Shown piece by piece: positions 8,522 through 17,963 of a DNA stretch of 64,000 nt. The stretch's first letter is position 1, and every line of letters begins with the position of its first letter. The DNA lies in assembly GCA_902560075.1 (NCBI GenBank), contig CACEKE010000001.1, positions 211,207 through 275,206 of the forward strand. Direction: 5' to 3'. The notes beneath the pieces were generated by a model. That model saw nothing but the letters and a program-made list of their open reading frames with translations, searched no databases and was not told where the DNA came from. The position numbers and the translations under genes were made by a program. The stretch is from an uncultured Pelagibacteraceae bacterium (GTDB taxonomy: Bacteria > Pseudomonadota > Alphaproteobacteria > Pelagibacterales > Pelagibacteraceae).

Positions 8522-8890
8522 TTATTTTTTTTCGTCGTTGTCTACGACTAAGCAGATTTCTGATTTGGTCAGGAATCTGCGACCTGTTCCATTATCTAAT
8601 GAGAACATCCCACCAATTCCTTTAACCGCGTCTATAGTTAAATCAGTATGTTTCCATTTTTCATATTGATCTCCATTCATATAGAAAGGCACACCCCCAA
8701 TTTCTCCTAATTTTACATCATTATCACCTAAGGGAAATTCTCCTTCTTGAAAACACATTGGAGCACTACCATCACAACATCCTCCAGATTGATGAAACAT
8801 CAATTTCTCTCCATATTTTTCTTGGAGTTCAGATAGTAAACTTAGTGCTGAATTAGTTGCTGATACTTTCATTTTTAAAGTACGGCCCAT
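8522..8890 (-). CDS. DUF779-family protein (aldehyde-dehydrogenase-associated, function unknown)
   Basis: 122 aa with the conserved core LMFHQSGGCCDGSAPMC. It lies immediately downstream of an ALDH, the usual DUF779 context. An alternative start is ATG 8872 (MKVSATNSA...). Confidence 0.75.
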   Translation of the reverse strand: MGRTLKMKVSATNSALSLLSELQEKYGEKLMFHQSGGCCDGSAPMCFQEGEFPLGDNDVKLGEIGGVPFYMNGDQYEKWKHTDLTIDAVKGIGGMFSLDNGTGRRFLTKSEICLVVDNDEKK

Positions 8891-8908
8891 GATTTAGAAT
8901 CATGGGCC
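8884..8908 (-). promoter_or_regulatory. Perfect 10-bp-stem GC-rich hairpin in the ALDH-DUF779 intercistronic region
   Basis: GGCCCATGAT (8884-8893) and ATCATGGGCC (8899-8908) are exact reverse complements with a 5-nt loop. One arm contains the 8890 ATG of the DUF779 ORF. Confidence 0.55.
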
Positions 8909-8923
8909 ATTATATATTATTGT

Positions 8924-10468
8924 TTAAAAGAAGCCTAATTTTTTCTCAGCATAAGAAACATGTAAGTTCTTATTCTGTCTGTAATGATTAAGCATCATTT
9001 TATGTGTTTCTCTTCCAACACCTGATTGTTTGTAACCACCAAATGGTGAGTGAGCTGGATAAGCATGATAACAATTAGTCCATACTATCCCTGCTTGTAT
9101 TGCTCTACCCATTCTGTAAGCAATATTACCATTTCTTGTCCAAACAGCTGCGCCTAAACCATAAAGAGTATCATTAGCAATTTTTAATGCCTCTGCTTCA
9201 TCTTTAAATTTAATCACTGATACAACAGGCCCAAAAATCTCTTCCTGAGAGATTCTCATGTCGTTTTTAGCCTCAAATACAGTTGGTTGAATGTAGTTAC
9301 CTTTTTCCAATCCACTGTTTAGCTTAGCAACACTACCGCCTGTCAGAACTTTAGCACCCTCCTTCTTACCTAAATCAAGATAAGATTTAATTTTTTCCAT
9401 CTGCTCTACAGATGCTTGGGCACCAATCATTGTTTCCATTTTAAGAGGATTGTCTTGAACAACAGCTTTTGTTCTTGCAATAGCTCTTTCCATGAACTTA
9501 TCATAGATTGACTCTTGAATTAAAGCTCTACTAGGACATGTACAAACTTCTCCTTGATTAAGATTAAACATAACAAAACCTTCAATACACTTATCAAAGA
9601 AGTCGTCATCTTTTTCCATTACATCTTCAAAGAAAATGTTTGGAGATTTTCCACCTAATTCCAGTGTTATAGGAATTATATTTTGTGCAGCATACTGCAT
9701 GATTAATCTTCCAGTTGTAGTTTCTCCAGTAAAAGCAACCTTAGCAACTCTTTTAGAAGATGCCAAAGGTTTACCAGCCTCTAGTCCATAACCACTAACA
9801 ATGTTTACAACTCCCGGAGGTAATAAATCTCCAATAAGTTCCATCATTACCATTATTGATGCCGGTGTTTGTTCAGCTGGTTTTAAAACTGAACAGTTTC
9901 CTGCAGCAAGAGCTGGTGCTAATTTCCATGTTGCCATTAATAATGGAAAGTTCCATGGAACTATTTGACCAACTACTCCAAGTGGTTCAGGTATATTATA
10001 TGAGTACTGACTATTACTAATCTCTGCAATAGATCCTTCCTCTGCTCTAATTACTCCAGCAAAATATCTCCAGTGATCTATAACTAAAGGTAAATCTGCT
10101 GCCATACATTCCCTGATTGGTTTACCATTATCTAAACACTCAGCTACAGCTAATAAATTTAGATTTTTTTCTAAAACATCAGCAATTTTATATAAGATGT
10201 TTGATCTTGTAGTGATGTCTGTCTTTCCCCATTCTGGGAAAGCTGCGTGAGCCGCGTCTAATGCAGCTTCTACGTCTTTTTCATTTGAACGTGCAACTGA
10301 ACAGATCTTCTCATTAGATATCGGGCTTACATTGTCAAAATACTTGCCTGATAGAGGTTCTACAAATTTTCCATTAATGTAGTTTCCATATTTTGCTTTA
10401 TATGGAAATTTAACCTTAAGATGAGAGGTATCTAGGACTGAAGACACTTTCATTGCTTCTGCACTCAT
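8924..10468 (-). CDS. NAD(P)+-dependent aldehyde dehydrogenase (acetaldehyde DH / AldB-ExaC type)
   Basis: 514 aa with ALDH motifs [16 protein letters not shown] and EEIFGPV, and the catalytic Cys region [11 protein letters not shown]. Confidence 0.9.
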   Translation of the reverse strand: MSAEAMKVSSVLDTSHLKVKFPYKAKYGNYINGKFVEPLSGKYFDNVSPISNEKICSVARSNEKDVEAALDAAHAAFPEWGKTDITTRSNILYKIADVLEKNLNLLAVAECLDNGKPIRECMAADLPLVIDHWRYFAGVIRAEEGSIAEISNSQYSYNIPEPLGVVGQIVPWNFPLLMATWKLAPALAAGNCSVLKPAEQTPASIMVMMELIGDLLPPGVVNIVSGYGLEAGKPLASSKRVAKVAFTGETTTGRLIMQYAAQNIIPITLELGGKSPNIFFEDVMEKDDDFFDKCIEGFVMFNLNQGEVCTCPSRALIQESIYDKFMERAIARTKAVVQDNPLKMETMIGAQASVEQMEKIKSYLDLGKKEGAKVLTGGSVAKLNSGLEKGNYIQPTVFEAKNDMRISQEEIFGPVVSVIKFKDEAEALKIANDTLYGLGAAVWTRNGNIAYRMGRAIQAGIVWTNCYHAYPAHSPFGGYKQSGVGRETHKMMLNHYRQNKNLHVSYAEKKLGFF

Positions 10469-10585
10469 GTTCCTCCATTTGTTTTTTTATAATTGTAATT
10501 AAAAACCCTTTTGAAACAGATGTAAATGAGACAATAATGAAAATCAACTAGGACACGAAATTTAAAATTGTGATAGGCTAATAAT

Positions 10586-11515
10586 ATGGATAAAAATTAT
10601 TTTAAAAAATTAAGAGTGATGGATGGTGGAATGGGACAAGAATTACATGCGAAAGGTCTTATTTCTAAAGGTACCCTTTGGTCAACTAGTGCAATATTAA
10701 ACGAAAAATATCATAAACTTATAGTGGATACTCACTTAGCTTATATTAAGTCAGGAGCAGAAGTGATTACCACAAACACTTTTTCAAGTCGTAGAATAAG
10801 GATGGATCAAAATAAAGTTAGTAGATATTTTGAATATGCAAATAAAAAAGCCTGTGAACTTGCAATTCAGGCAAAACAAAATTCTAAAAAAGAAGTTTTT
10901 ATTGCGGGAAGTATACCTGCACAATTTGATACCTACAAAGAAGATACAAGAGATGATGAAATTATAAGTAGTGCTTTTTTTGATCAAATTAATTGTATAA
11001 GTGATTATGTTGATTTTTTATATTTAGATGTAATTTCAAGTGGAAGAGAAATAGATCTCGCAACAAAAATTATTGAAAAATTAGATAAACCTATTCTACT
11101 AGGAATTCATTTAACAAAAAATGGCTGTCTACCTTCAGGTGAAACAATTAGCCAAGTATTAAAAAAATATAAAAGTACAAATTGGATAGGTATAATCGCT
11201 GCGTGCGTATCATTGGAGATTGCTGAAAATTCAATAAATGAACTTCAACTACAAAATTTACCTTTTGGATATAAAGTTAATTTATGGGGTCAAGATGAAC
11301 CTTTGCCTCAAAGAAAAATTAATACAGCTAAGTTTAATGAGGACGCAGTCAACTTAAATACTGTAATGGGTAAAAGAGAAGTTAGTGAAGAAGTATTTAA
11401 AGATTTAGCAATAAAATTTATAAAAAAAGGAGCAACAATAATAGGGGGTTGTTGTGAAACTAGCCCAAGTCACATATCGCTTTTATCTAGTTTGAAGAAA
11501 GATTTTGTTTTATAG
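10586..11515 (+). CDS. Homocysteine S-methyltransferase family protein (BhmT/MmuM-like)
   Basis: 309 aa with an N-terminal VMDGGMGQEL and the C-terminal zinc-ligand motif GGCCETSP. Confidence 0.8.
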   Translation: MDKNYFKKLRVMDGGMGQELHAKGLISKGTLWSTSAILNEKYHKLIVDTHLAYIKSGAEVITTNTFSSRRIRMDQNKVSRYFEYANKKACELAIQAKQNSKKEVFIAGSIPAQFDTYKEDTRDDEIISSAFFDQINCISDYVDFLYLDVISSGREIDLATKIIEKLDKPILLGIHLTKNGCLPSGETISQVLKKYKSTNWIGIIAACVSLEIAENSINELQLQNLPFGYKVNLWGQDEPLPQRKINTAKFNEDAVNLNTVMGKREVSEEVFKDLAIKFIKKGATIIGGCCETSPSHISLLSSLKKDFVL

Positions 11516-12380
11516 ATCTTCTCACAAAATAAAAACCGATTATTACAGCTATCAAAGCAATCAACACTTTTAATGTTATTACCTCTTTTAAAAATACATA
11601 TCCTAAAATTACTCCAAATATGGGAATTAAATAGGCAACCTGAGAATGAAAAACTAGACCATTTTTTTTTAAAATATGAAATCTTATAAGCCAGGCAATA
11701 CCAGTTGGGAAAATTCCTAAATATATTAATGAAATTGTTGAGTCTAATCTTGGAACTAAATTCCAGGGTTGCTCATAGTACATTGCTATTGGGAATATAA
11801 TAAGAGCTCCCCATATCAATATCGAACTTGTTAAATTTTCATTTTTCTTCTTACTAATTTTTAATGTCAAAATACCACCAATAACATAAAACGTTGAACC
11901 AACTAAAATCATTAAAGCGTGAAAAAAATTTTCATTATTAATTAAAATATTATCTGAAAATAATACAATTATTCCTGCAAAACCGACCATTACGCCTATA
12001 ATTTTAGTGAAATTTATTTTTTCTTTATTAGTAAAAAAATGTGCAAGAATTGCCGAACTTAGAGGAGTAGTAGACATTAAAATTGCAGCTAAATTACTTT
12101 GAATTTTTTGGACACCATATGCAATAAGAAAAAAAGGTATTACTAAATTAACAAAACCAATTAAAGCAAACCAATACCAATCTTTTGAAAATGCCTCTAT
12201 TTTTATATTTTTAAAAAAACATAAAATTGCAATTAAAATAGCACCCAAAAAAATTCTTAAAAATGCGATTGTAAGTGGTCCATAAGAATATGTGGCTATT
12301 TTAATATTAAAAAAAGCTGAAGCCCAGATAAGAGATAATATAGATAACAAAATATAATCAATAGTTTTAGGAGTTGTCAT
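11487..12380 (-). CDS. EamA/DMT-superfamily transporter
   Basis: 297 aa with 10 predicted helices in two EamA repeats. Its 3' end overlaps the convergent methyltransferase gene by 29 nt. Confidence 0.75.
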   Translation of the reverse strand: MTTPKTIDYILLSILSLIWASAFFNIKIATYSYGPLTIAFLRIFLGAILIAILCFFKNIKIEAFSKDWYWFALIGFVNLVIPFFLIAYGVQKIQSNLAAILMSTTPLSSAILAHFFTNKEKINFTKIIGVMVGFAGIIVLFSDNILINNENFFHALMILVGSTFYVIGGILTLKISKKKNENLTSSILIWGALIIFPIAMYYEQPWNLVPRLDSTISLIYLGIFPTGIAWLIRFHILKKNGLVFHSQVAYLIPIFGVILGYVFLKEVITLKVLIALIAVIIGFYFVRRSIKQNLSSN

Positions 12381-12859
12381 TCGCTAATATCCATAATTTT
12401 TCCAGAAGTAATGTTCTTTAAATCATTAAAACTTATTTTAAAAATAGCGTGAGGATGTCCAGCGGCAGCGAACACATAATCAAATCTTTTTAATTCTGTA
12501 TCTATTAGAATTTCTAAGCTATTTTTTATACCAATTGGAGATACGCCTCCTATTGTAAAGCCTGATATTTCTTTAACTTGTTCTGCATCTGCCAAACAAA
12601 CATCTTTCTCGGCTAATATTCTTTTTACTTTATTTAACGAACATTTTTTATCACCTGAGACCAAACATATTAAATATGAATTTTTTCTTCTTAAAACTAA
12701 ACTTTTTACTATAGCCCCAACTTCACAATCTAAAGCTTTAGATGCATCTAGCGCTGTTCTAGCCGAATTTTCTAAAATCTGAATTTTTAAATTTTTATCA
12801 AATAAATTTAGAGCTGTTCGAACTCTTTTTACTGGATCTTTATTTGCTATATCATTCAT
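12377..12859 (-). CDS. YbaK/ProX-type aminoacyl-tRNA deacylase domain protein
   Basis: 160 aa with GAIVKSLV, GFTIGGVSPIG and AAAGHPH segments typical of the YbaK/EbsC editing domain. Confidence 0.75.
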   Translation of the reverse strand: MNDIANKDPVKRVRTALNLFDKNLKIQILENSARTALDASKALDCEVGAIVKSLVLRRKNSYLICLVSGDKKCSLNKVKRILAEKDVCLADAEQVKEISGFTIGGVSPIGIKNSLEILIDTELKRFDYVFAAAGHPHAIFKISFNDLKNITSGKIMDISE

Positions 12860-12993
12860 ACAACTATTAGTTGATTGATAATTATAAATTTTAAGTTTAA
12901 ATGCTATGCGTTAATTGCATATTAGTTATCAATTTAATAGGCGATATTAATATACTTTTTTTTGTTATTAAGCCACTTTTAAAGAGGAGATTT

Positions 12994-14400
12994 ATGAGCG
13001 TTAAAAATATTCAAAAAATTATTAAAGATAAAGAAATTGACTACGTTGATTTAAGATTTACAGATCCAAGAGGAAAACTTCAACATGTCACTATGGATGC
13101 TAAAGTTGTTGACGACGACATGTTAGAAGAAGGAATATTCTTCGATGGGTCTTCTATAGCTGGATGGAAAGCCATTAATGAGTCAGACATGATTTTAAAG
13201 CCTGATTTATCGAGACCAGTAGTAGATCCATTTACATCTCATAATACTTTAAATATTTTTTGTGATGTTTTAGACGCTATAAAAAAAGATCCTTATGAAA
13301 GAGACCCTAGAGGTACAGCAAAAAAAGCTGAAGATTATTTAAAAAAATCCAAGATAGGTGATAAAGCTTTTTTCGGACCAGAACCAGAATTTTTTGTATT
13401 CGATGACGTTAGATACAAAAATGATATGAATGAAACAGGATTTTCGATTGATAGTACTGAAGGACCATATAACACCGGAAAAAAATATGAAAATGGAAAT
13501 ATGGGACATAGACCAGGAGTAAAAGGTGGATATTTTCCAGTGCCGCCAGTAGATAGTGCACAGGATATGAGAAGCGAATATTTAAAAGCTATGAAAGATA
13601 TGGGTATTAAAGTTGAAAAACATCACCATGAAGTTGCTCCAAGTCAACATGAGCTCGGTATGTATTTTGGTACTTTAGTAAATCAAGCCGACAATATTCA
13701 ACTTTATAAATATGCAGTTCATATGGTTACACACTCTTTTGGAAAAACTGCAACATTTATGCCTAAGCCGGTTAAAGGTGATAATGGATCAGGAATGCAT
13801 GTTCACCAATCAATATGGAATGGCAATACTCCTTTATTTATGGGAAATGAATATGCAGGTTTATCAAAAACGGCACTTCATTATATCGGTGGAATATTAA
13901 AACACGCAAGAGCAATAAATGCATTTGCAAATGCAACAACGAATAGTTACAAAAGATTAATACCGGGTTTTGAAGCTCCAGTTCTACTAGCCTACTCAGC
14001 GAGAAATAGATCTGCATCCTGCAGAATTCCAATCACATTAAGTAAAAAAGCTGCAAGATGTGAAATCCGATTTCCAGATGCTTCTGGAAATCCGTATTTA
14101 ACTTTTGCTTCTATGTTAATGGCAGGTTTAGATGGAATTAAAAATAAAATTGATCCCGGTAAATCTTTTGATAAAGATTTGTATGCTTTGAGTGAGGCAG
14201 AAATTAAAAAAATTCCAACTGTGTGTGGATCTTTAAGAGAAGCAATGGAAAGTTTGGATAAAGATAGAAAGTTTTTAACTCAAGGAAATGTATTTACTGA
14301 TGATCAAATAGATGCATATATAGATTTAAAAATGGAAGAAATTCATAACTTCGAGCATACACCTCATCCAATTGAGTTTGATATGTACTATAGTTGTTAA
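12994..14400 (+). CDS. glnA: Glutamine synthetase type I
   Basis: Strong GSI sequence (DLRFTDPRGK, FGPEPEFF, KPVKGDNGSGMHVHQS, NSYKRLIPGFEAP). I place the start at ATG 12994 (MSVKNIQK...) because AGAGGAGA lies just upstream. The track ORF's 31-aa N-terminal extension from 12901 looks non-coding. Confidence 0.95.
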   Translation: MSVKNIQKIIKDKEIDYVDLRFTDPRGKLQHVTMDAKVVDDDMLEEGIFFDGSSIAGWKAINESDMILKPDLSRPVVDPFTSHNTLNIFCDVLDAIKKDPYERDPRGTAKKAEDYLKKSKIGDKAFFGPEPEFFVFDDVRYKNDMNETGFSIDSTEGPYNTGKKYENGNMGHRPGVKGGYFPVPPVDSAQDMRSEYLKAMKDMGIKVEKHHHEVAPSQHELGMYFGTLVNQADNIQLYKYAVHMVTHSFGKTATFMPKPVKGDNGSGMHVHQSIWNGNTPLFMGNEYAGLSKTALHYIGGILKHARAINAFANATTNSYKRLIPGFEAPVLLAYSARNRSASCRIPITLSKKAARCEIRFPDASGNPYLTFASMLMAGLDGIKNKIDPGKSFDKDLYALSEAEIKKIPTVCGSLREAMESLDKDRKFLTQGNVFTDDQIDAYIDLKMEEIHNFEHTPHPIEFDMYYSC

Positions 14401-14406
14401 TTTTTA

Positions 14407-14742
14407 CTAAACTTTAAAAGACTCTCCGCAACCACATCGCTCGGTTTCGTTTGGATTGTTAAATACAAATGAAGACGAAAATTCATCTTTTTTATAATCC
14501 ATCTCTGTGCCTAGTAAATAAATTATTGCACTTGGATCAATAAAAACTTTAACACCTTTATCCTCGATCATCTCATCGTTGGGATTTATTTTTTTAGCAT
14601 ACTCAAGCACATATTCCATACCAGCACAGCCACCAGATTTCACACCAACTCTAACACCTAAAGTTTCTTTTTCAGCATTAGAGATGATTTCTTTAATTCT
14701 ATTAGCTGCTTTATCGCTTAATTTAATTACTTGTTGATTCAT
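14407..14742 (-). CDS. sufA: Fe-S cluster A-type carrier (SufA/ErpA/HesB family)
   Basis: 111 aa with GGCAGMEY and the C-terminal CGCGESF motif. Confidence 0.85.
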   Translation of the reverse strand: MNQQVIKLSDKAANRIKEIISNAEKETLGVRVGVKSGGCAGMEYVLEYAKKINPNDEMIEDKGVKVFIDPSAIIYLLGTEMDYKKDEFSSSFVFNNPNETERCGCGESFKV

Positions 14743-15035
14743 AAATTTAGCTCCAATTTCGCAGCCTCAGACATCATAGATTTATTCCAAGGTGGATCCC
14801 AAACCAAATCAAGATCAACTTTATCTATACCTTCAACCTGCATAACACTATCCTTAACCTCTTTTGGCAAACTTTCAGCAACAGGACAATTGGGTGTAGT
14901 TAAAGTCATTTTTATTTTAACATGGTTCTTTTCTACAATTACATCATATATTAAACCAAGTTCATATATATTTACTGGGATTTCTGGGTCATAAATTTTT
15001 TTTATTTCATTTATAACTTGATCTTTTAATTCCAT
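14739..15035 (-). CDS. sufT: DUF59/MIP18-family Fe-S assembly protein
   Basis: 98 aa with IYDPEIPVNIYELGLIY and TTPNCP motifs. It lies within the suf operon. Confidence 0.8.
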   Translation of the reverse strand: MELKDQVINEIKKIYDPEIPVNIYELGLIYDVIVEKNHVKIKMTLTTPNCPVAESLPKEVKDSVMQVEGIDKVDLDLVWDPPWNKSMMSEAAKLELNL

Positions 15036-15037
15036 AA

Positions 15038-15499
15038 TTACTCTGTTGTTACATCTTTCTGAAACTCATCCAATGCTGAAGATAGAGCATGCCAAGACAG
15101 CGTAGCACATTTTACTCTCATTGGATAATTTTTGACTCCACCTAAACTCATTAATTTTGTTTTTTCATCCTCTTCAAGCAAGTTAGTATTTATATCATCC
15201 TTTTCCTTAATCATGTCTAAAAATTTATCTATTATTTCTTTTGCATCTTTCTCACTTTTGCCTTTCATAAGATCGGTCATTATTGAGGCTGATGCCATTG
15301 AAATTGCACATCCCTCACCTTCAAATGAGATGTCATTAACATTTTTATTTTCATCTAATTTTAAGAATAAATGCACCTTATCTCCACAAAGAGGATTATG
15401 ACCTTTTGCATCTTTATTGAAATTTTCGAATTTCCCAAGGTTTCTCGGATTTTTACCGTGATCTAAAATTATCTCTTGATATAGCTCTTTTAAATTCAT
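15038..15499 (-). CDS. sufU: SufU-type (IscU-like, zinc-dependent) sulfurtransferase
   Basis: 153 aa with NPLCGD, EGEGCAISMASAS and VKCATLSW, the three Cys motifs plus the SufU-specific insertion pattern. Confidence 0.85.
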   Translation of the reverse strand: MNLKELYQEIILDHGKNPRNLGKFENFNKDAKGHNPLCGDKVHLFLKLDENKNVNDISFEGEGCAISMASASIMTDLMKGKSEKDAKEIIDKFLDMIKEKDDINTNLLEEDEKTKLMSLGGVKNYPMRVKCATLSWHALSSALDEFQKDVTTE

Positions 15500-16716
15500 T
15501 ATTTATTAAAAATTTTTTTACAGTTGTTTATTGATTCATTCAATTTATCAAGATCATCTCTTGTATTATAAACTCCCAGCGAAGCTCTAGCAGAAGCTGT
15601 TAAACCCAACTTATCATGTAATATTTGACAACAGTGATGACCAGCTCTAATTGCTACACCATCTTCATCTAATATAGTTGCTATATCATGAGGATGAATT
15701 CCATCTATCGTAAATGATAAAACCGCACCTTTTTTTTTTGGATTTCCAATCAATTTTACAGAATTATTTTTTCTTAGAACCTCTTCTCCATAATTTAGTA
15801 AGTCATTTTCATGATTTATCAAATTGTCAATTCCGATTTTATTTAAAAAATTTATGGATTCATTAAAAGCAATTACCTGTGCGGTCGCCATTGTTCCAGC
15901 CTCAAACTTATTAGGTAGTTCTCCGTATGATATATCATTTTTTTTGACTTCATTAATCATTCCTCCGCCTCCCTGATATGGAGGTAGATCGTCTAACCAT
16001 TTTTTTTTTGCATATAAAATACCTAGACCTGTTGGTCCATACATTTTATGACACGAAATAGCATAAAAATCACAGTTTAAGTCTTGCATATCCATTTTCA
16101 TATGAGGAGCGCTTTGACAACCATCAACTAAAACAGGAATTCCTTTCGAATGTGCTAATTCAGTTATTTCCTTTATAGGCAATATTGCGCCTGTGACGTT
16201 GGATAAGTGTGTTAAAGCAATCATTTTAGTTTTGCTAGTTATTTGTTTTTCTACACTTTCTAAAGAAATATCCCCGTGTTCATCAATTTCTGCAAAATTT
16301 ATTTTTATACCTTTATTTTTTCTTAAATAGTGCCATGGCACATAGTTTGAATGATGTTCTAATTCAGTAATAATTATCTCATCACCCTCCTTTAAATATT
16401 TCTGACCGAAAGTACTGGCAACTAAGTTAATTGCTTCAGTAGCACCTTTTGTAAAGACAATTTCATTTTTATTCTTTGCATTAATGTATTTCTGAACTGC
16501 GGTTCTAGTATTTTCGTATAAATTTGTGGCCGCAACTGCCAAATAATGTACGCTTCTTCCAATATTTGAAAATTCTTTTGTGTAAAAATCATAAATTCTA
16601 TCTACAACTACAAGAGGTTTTTGTGATGAGTTAGCACTATCTAAGTATACTAAATCATTGTTCTCTATTTTGTTATTAAAGATCGGGAATTCTTTTTTTA
16701 TGTTTTCTATCTTCAT
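15499..16716 (-). CDS. sufS: Cysteine desulfurase, group II
   Basis: 405 aa with the PLP-Lys region SCHKMYGPTG and the active-site region RAGHHCCQ. Confidence 0.95.
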   Translation of the reverse strand: MKIENIKKEFPIFNNKIENNDLVYLDSANSSQKPLVVVDRIYDFYTKEFSNIGRSVHYLAVAATNLYENTRTAVQKYINAKNKNEIVFTKGATEAINLVASTFGQKYLKEGDEIIITELEHHSNYVPWHYLRKNKGIKINFAEIDEHGDISLESVEKQITSKTKMIALTHLSNVTGAILPIKEITELAHSKGIPVLVDGCQSAPHMKMDMQDLNCDFYAISCHKMYGPTGLGILYAKKKWLDDLPPYQGGGGMINEVKKNDISYGELPNKFEAGTMATAQVIAFNESINFLNKIGIDNLINHENDLLNYGEEVLRKNNSVKLIGNPKKKGAVLSFTIDGIHPHDIATILDEDGVAIRAGHHCCQILHDKLGLTASARASLGVYNTRDDLDKLNESINNCKKIFNK

Positions 16717-17963
16717 CTTATTTCCATTAATTCTTTAATTAAATCTTTAACTTTAGTATCAGTAATTTTATCAATAACCTCTAAAAAGAAACCGTCTAGA
16801 AGAATTTTTTTTGCTTCAATTTTAGAAAGTCCTCTAGTCATTAGATAGAATATTTTATTTTCATCTAGGTTGCCTGATGAAGAGCCATGCGAGCACTTTA
16901 CGTCATCAGCATAGATTTCTAACTCAGGTTTTCCATTAAATTCTGTTCCTTCGTTAAGCAGGATTGCTTTGCTAAGTTGATATCCATCTGTTTTTTGAGC
17001 GACACTATCAACAAATATTTTACCTTGGTAAACGGCCTTTGATTTATCCTTTAATGCACACTTAATAAGCTGATAACTCTTTGTATTTTCTGATAAATGG
17101 TTAATTTTTGATCTTATCTCGTGTTGCTTCGAGACGTCTAAATTAATAATTCCATTTACAAAAGCTGAACTAAATTTTTCTTTAAGATCACATTCTATCT
17201 CATTTTTAGAACACTCTGAACCTGATGAGATAATAAAATTTTCTGAGATACTATTTTTATATAGTTCGATCTTGGTTTTTGAATAAAATATATTAGAATT
17301 ATTTCTCAAATCAATTTTGTAATTTTTTAATATAGAATTCTCTTTTAATTGAAAATTATTATTAATATTATAAAAATTATTTTCTGATAGATTCCAATTA
17401 AGATCTAAAATACTCATACATGAATTTTTTTCCATTATTAAGTCAAATCTTTGGTTTAATACGGTATTTTCAATTTCTTGTGACGAATAATTTATTATCA
17501 AAACTGGTTTTTTAAATTTATAATTTTCTTTTATGACTATCTTTAAATAATCTAAGTAAAATGCTTTATTTAAAGAGCCAAGAGATGAATATTGATCCTC
17601 TTTAATATTTAATGGTATTTTTGTAATGCTAAATTTATTTTTATCTTCATGATCTAGCACAACATCTGTAATTAAACCATTTTTGGAAATAACATAATTA
17701 TTTTCTAATAAATTTTTACTAATATTATTAAAAATCTCTTTGTTTTCTATTTTTTTAGAAACCAAATTATTAGAAAATTTTATTTTAGGTATCTTTGAAG
17801 ATATTATTCGATTTAAATCAATAAACTTCCAATCCTCATCTTTTTTTGAGGGGAAACCATTTTTACTAAAATCTGTCAGTGAAAGTTTCCTATCTTCAAT
17901 TTGTTTCTTGCTAAGATTCAAAATATCTTTTAGTTCATTTAAATTCATTTCTAAATTATCCAT
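16713..17963 (-). CDS. sufD: Fe-S cluster assembly protein SufD
   Basis: 416 aa. The C-terminal beta-helix core is conserved (PELEIYADDVKCSHGSSSG, FYLMTRGL). It sits between sufC and sufS. Confidence 0.85.
   Translation of the reverse strand: MDNLEMNLNELKDILNLSKKQIEDRKLSLTDFSKNGFPSKKDEDWKFIDLNRIISSKIPKIKFSNNLVSKKIENKEIFNNISKNLLENNYVISKNGLITDVVLDHEDKNKFSITKIPLNIKEDQYSSLGSLNKAFYLDYLKIVIKENYKFKKPVLIINYSSQEIENTVLNQRFDLIMEKNSCMSILDLNWNLSENNFYNINNNFQLKENSILKNYKIDLRNNSNIFYSKTKIELYKNSISENFIISSGSECSKNEIECDLKEKFSSAFVNGIINLDVSKQHEIRSKINHLSENTKSYQLIKCALKDKSKAVYQGKIFVDSVAQKTDGYQLSKAILLNEGTEFNGKPELEIYADDVKCSHGSSSGNLDENKIFYLMTRGLSKIEAKKILLDGFFLEVIDKITDTKVKDLIKELMEIR

Noticed and set aside
10469-10585. A possible SAM-II/SAM-V-type riboswitch upstream of the homocysteine S-methyltransferase gene. 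Such riboswitches have been reported upstream of methionine-cycle genes in marine alphaproteobacteria.
   Set aside because: Reading the 117-nt spacer, I could not find the expected GC-containing pseudoknot elements (e.g. an AAAGCU-type 3' strand pairing with an upstream GCUU loop). A covariance-model scan (Rfam SAM-II, SAM-V) would be decisive. A hit above threshold would overturn this rejection.
12901-12993. A 31-codon N-terminal extension of glnA in the ORF track (MLCVNCILVINLIGDINILFFVIKPLLKRRF).
   Set aside because: GSI homology begins at MSVKNIQK (ATG 12994), which is preceded by AGAGGAGA. The extension is AT-rich promoter-like DNA with no similarity to GS.
12860-12993. A sigma-54 promoter, NtrC sites or a glutamine riboswitch upstream of glnA.
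   Set aside because: There is no TGGCAC-N5-TTGCA-like element; the nearest is TGCGTTAATTGCA, which lacks the GG. The conserved GGACGGAAG-type core of the glnA RNA motif is also absent. Only weak AT-rich imperfect repeats are present.
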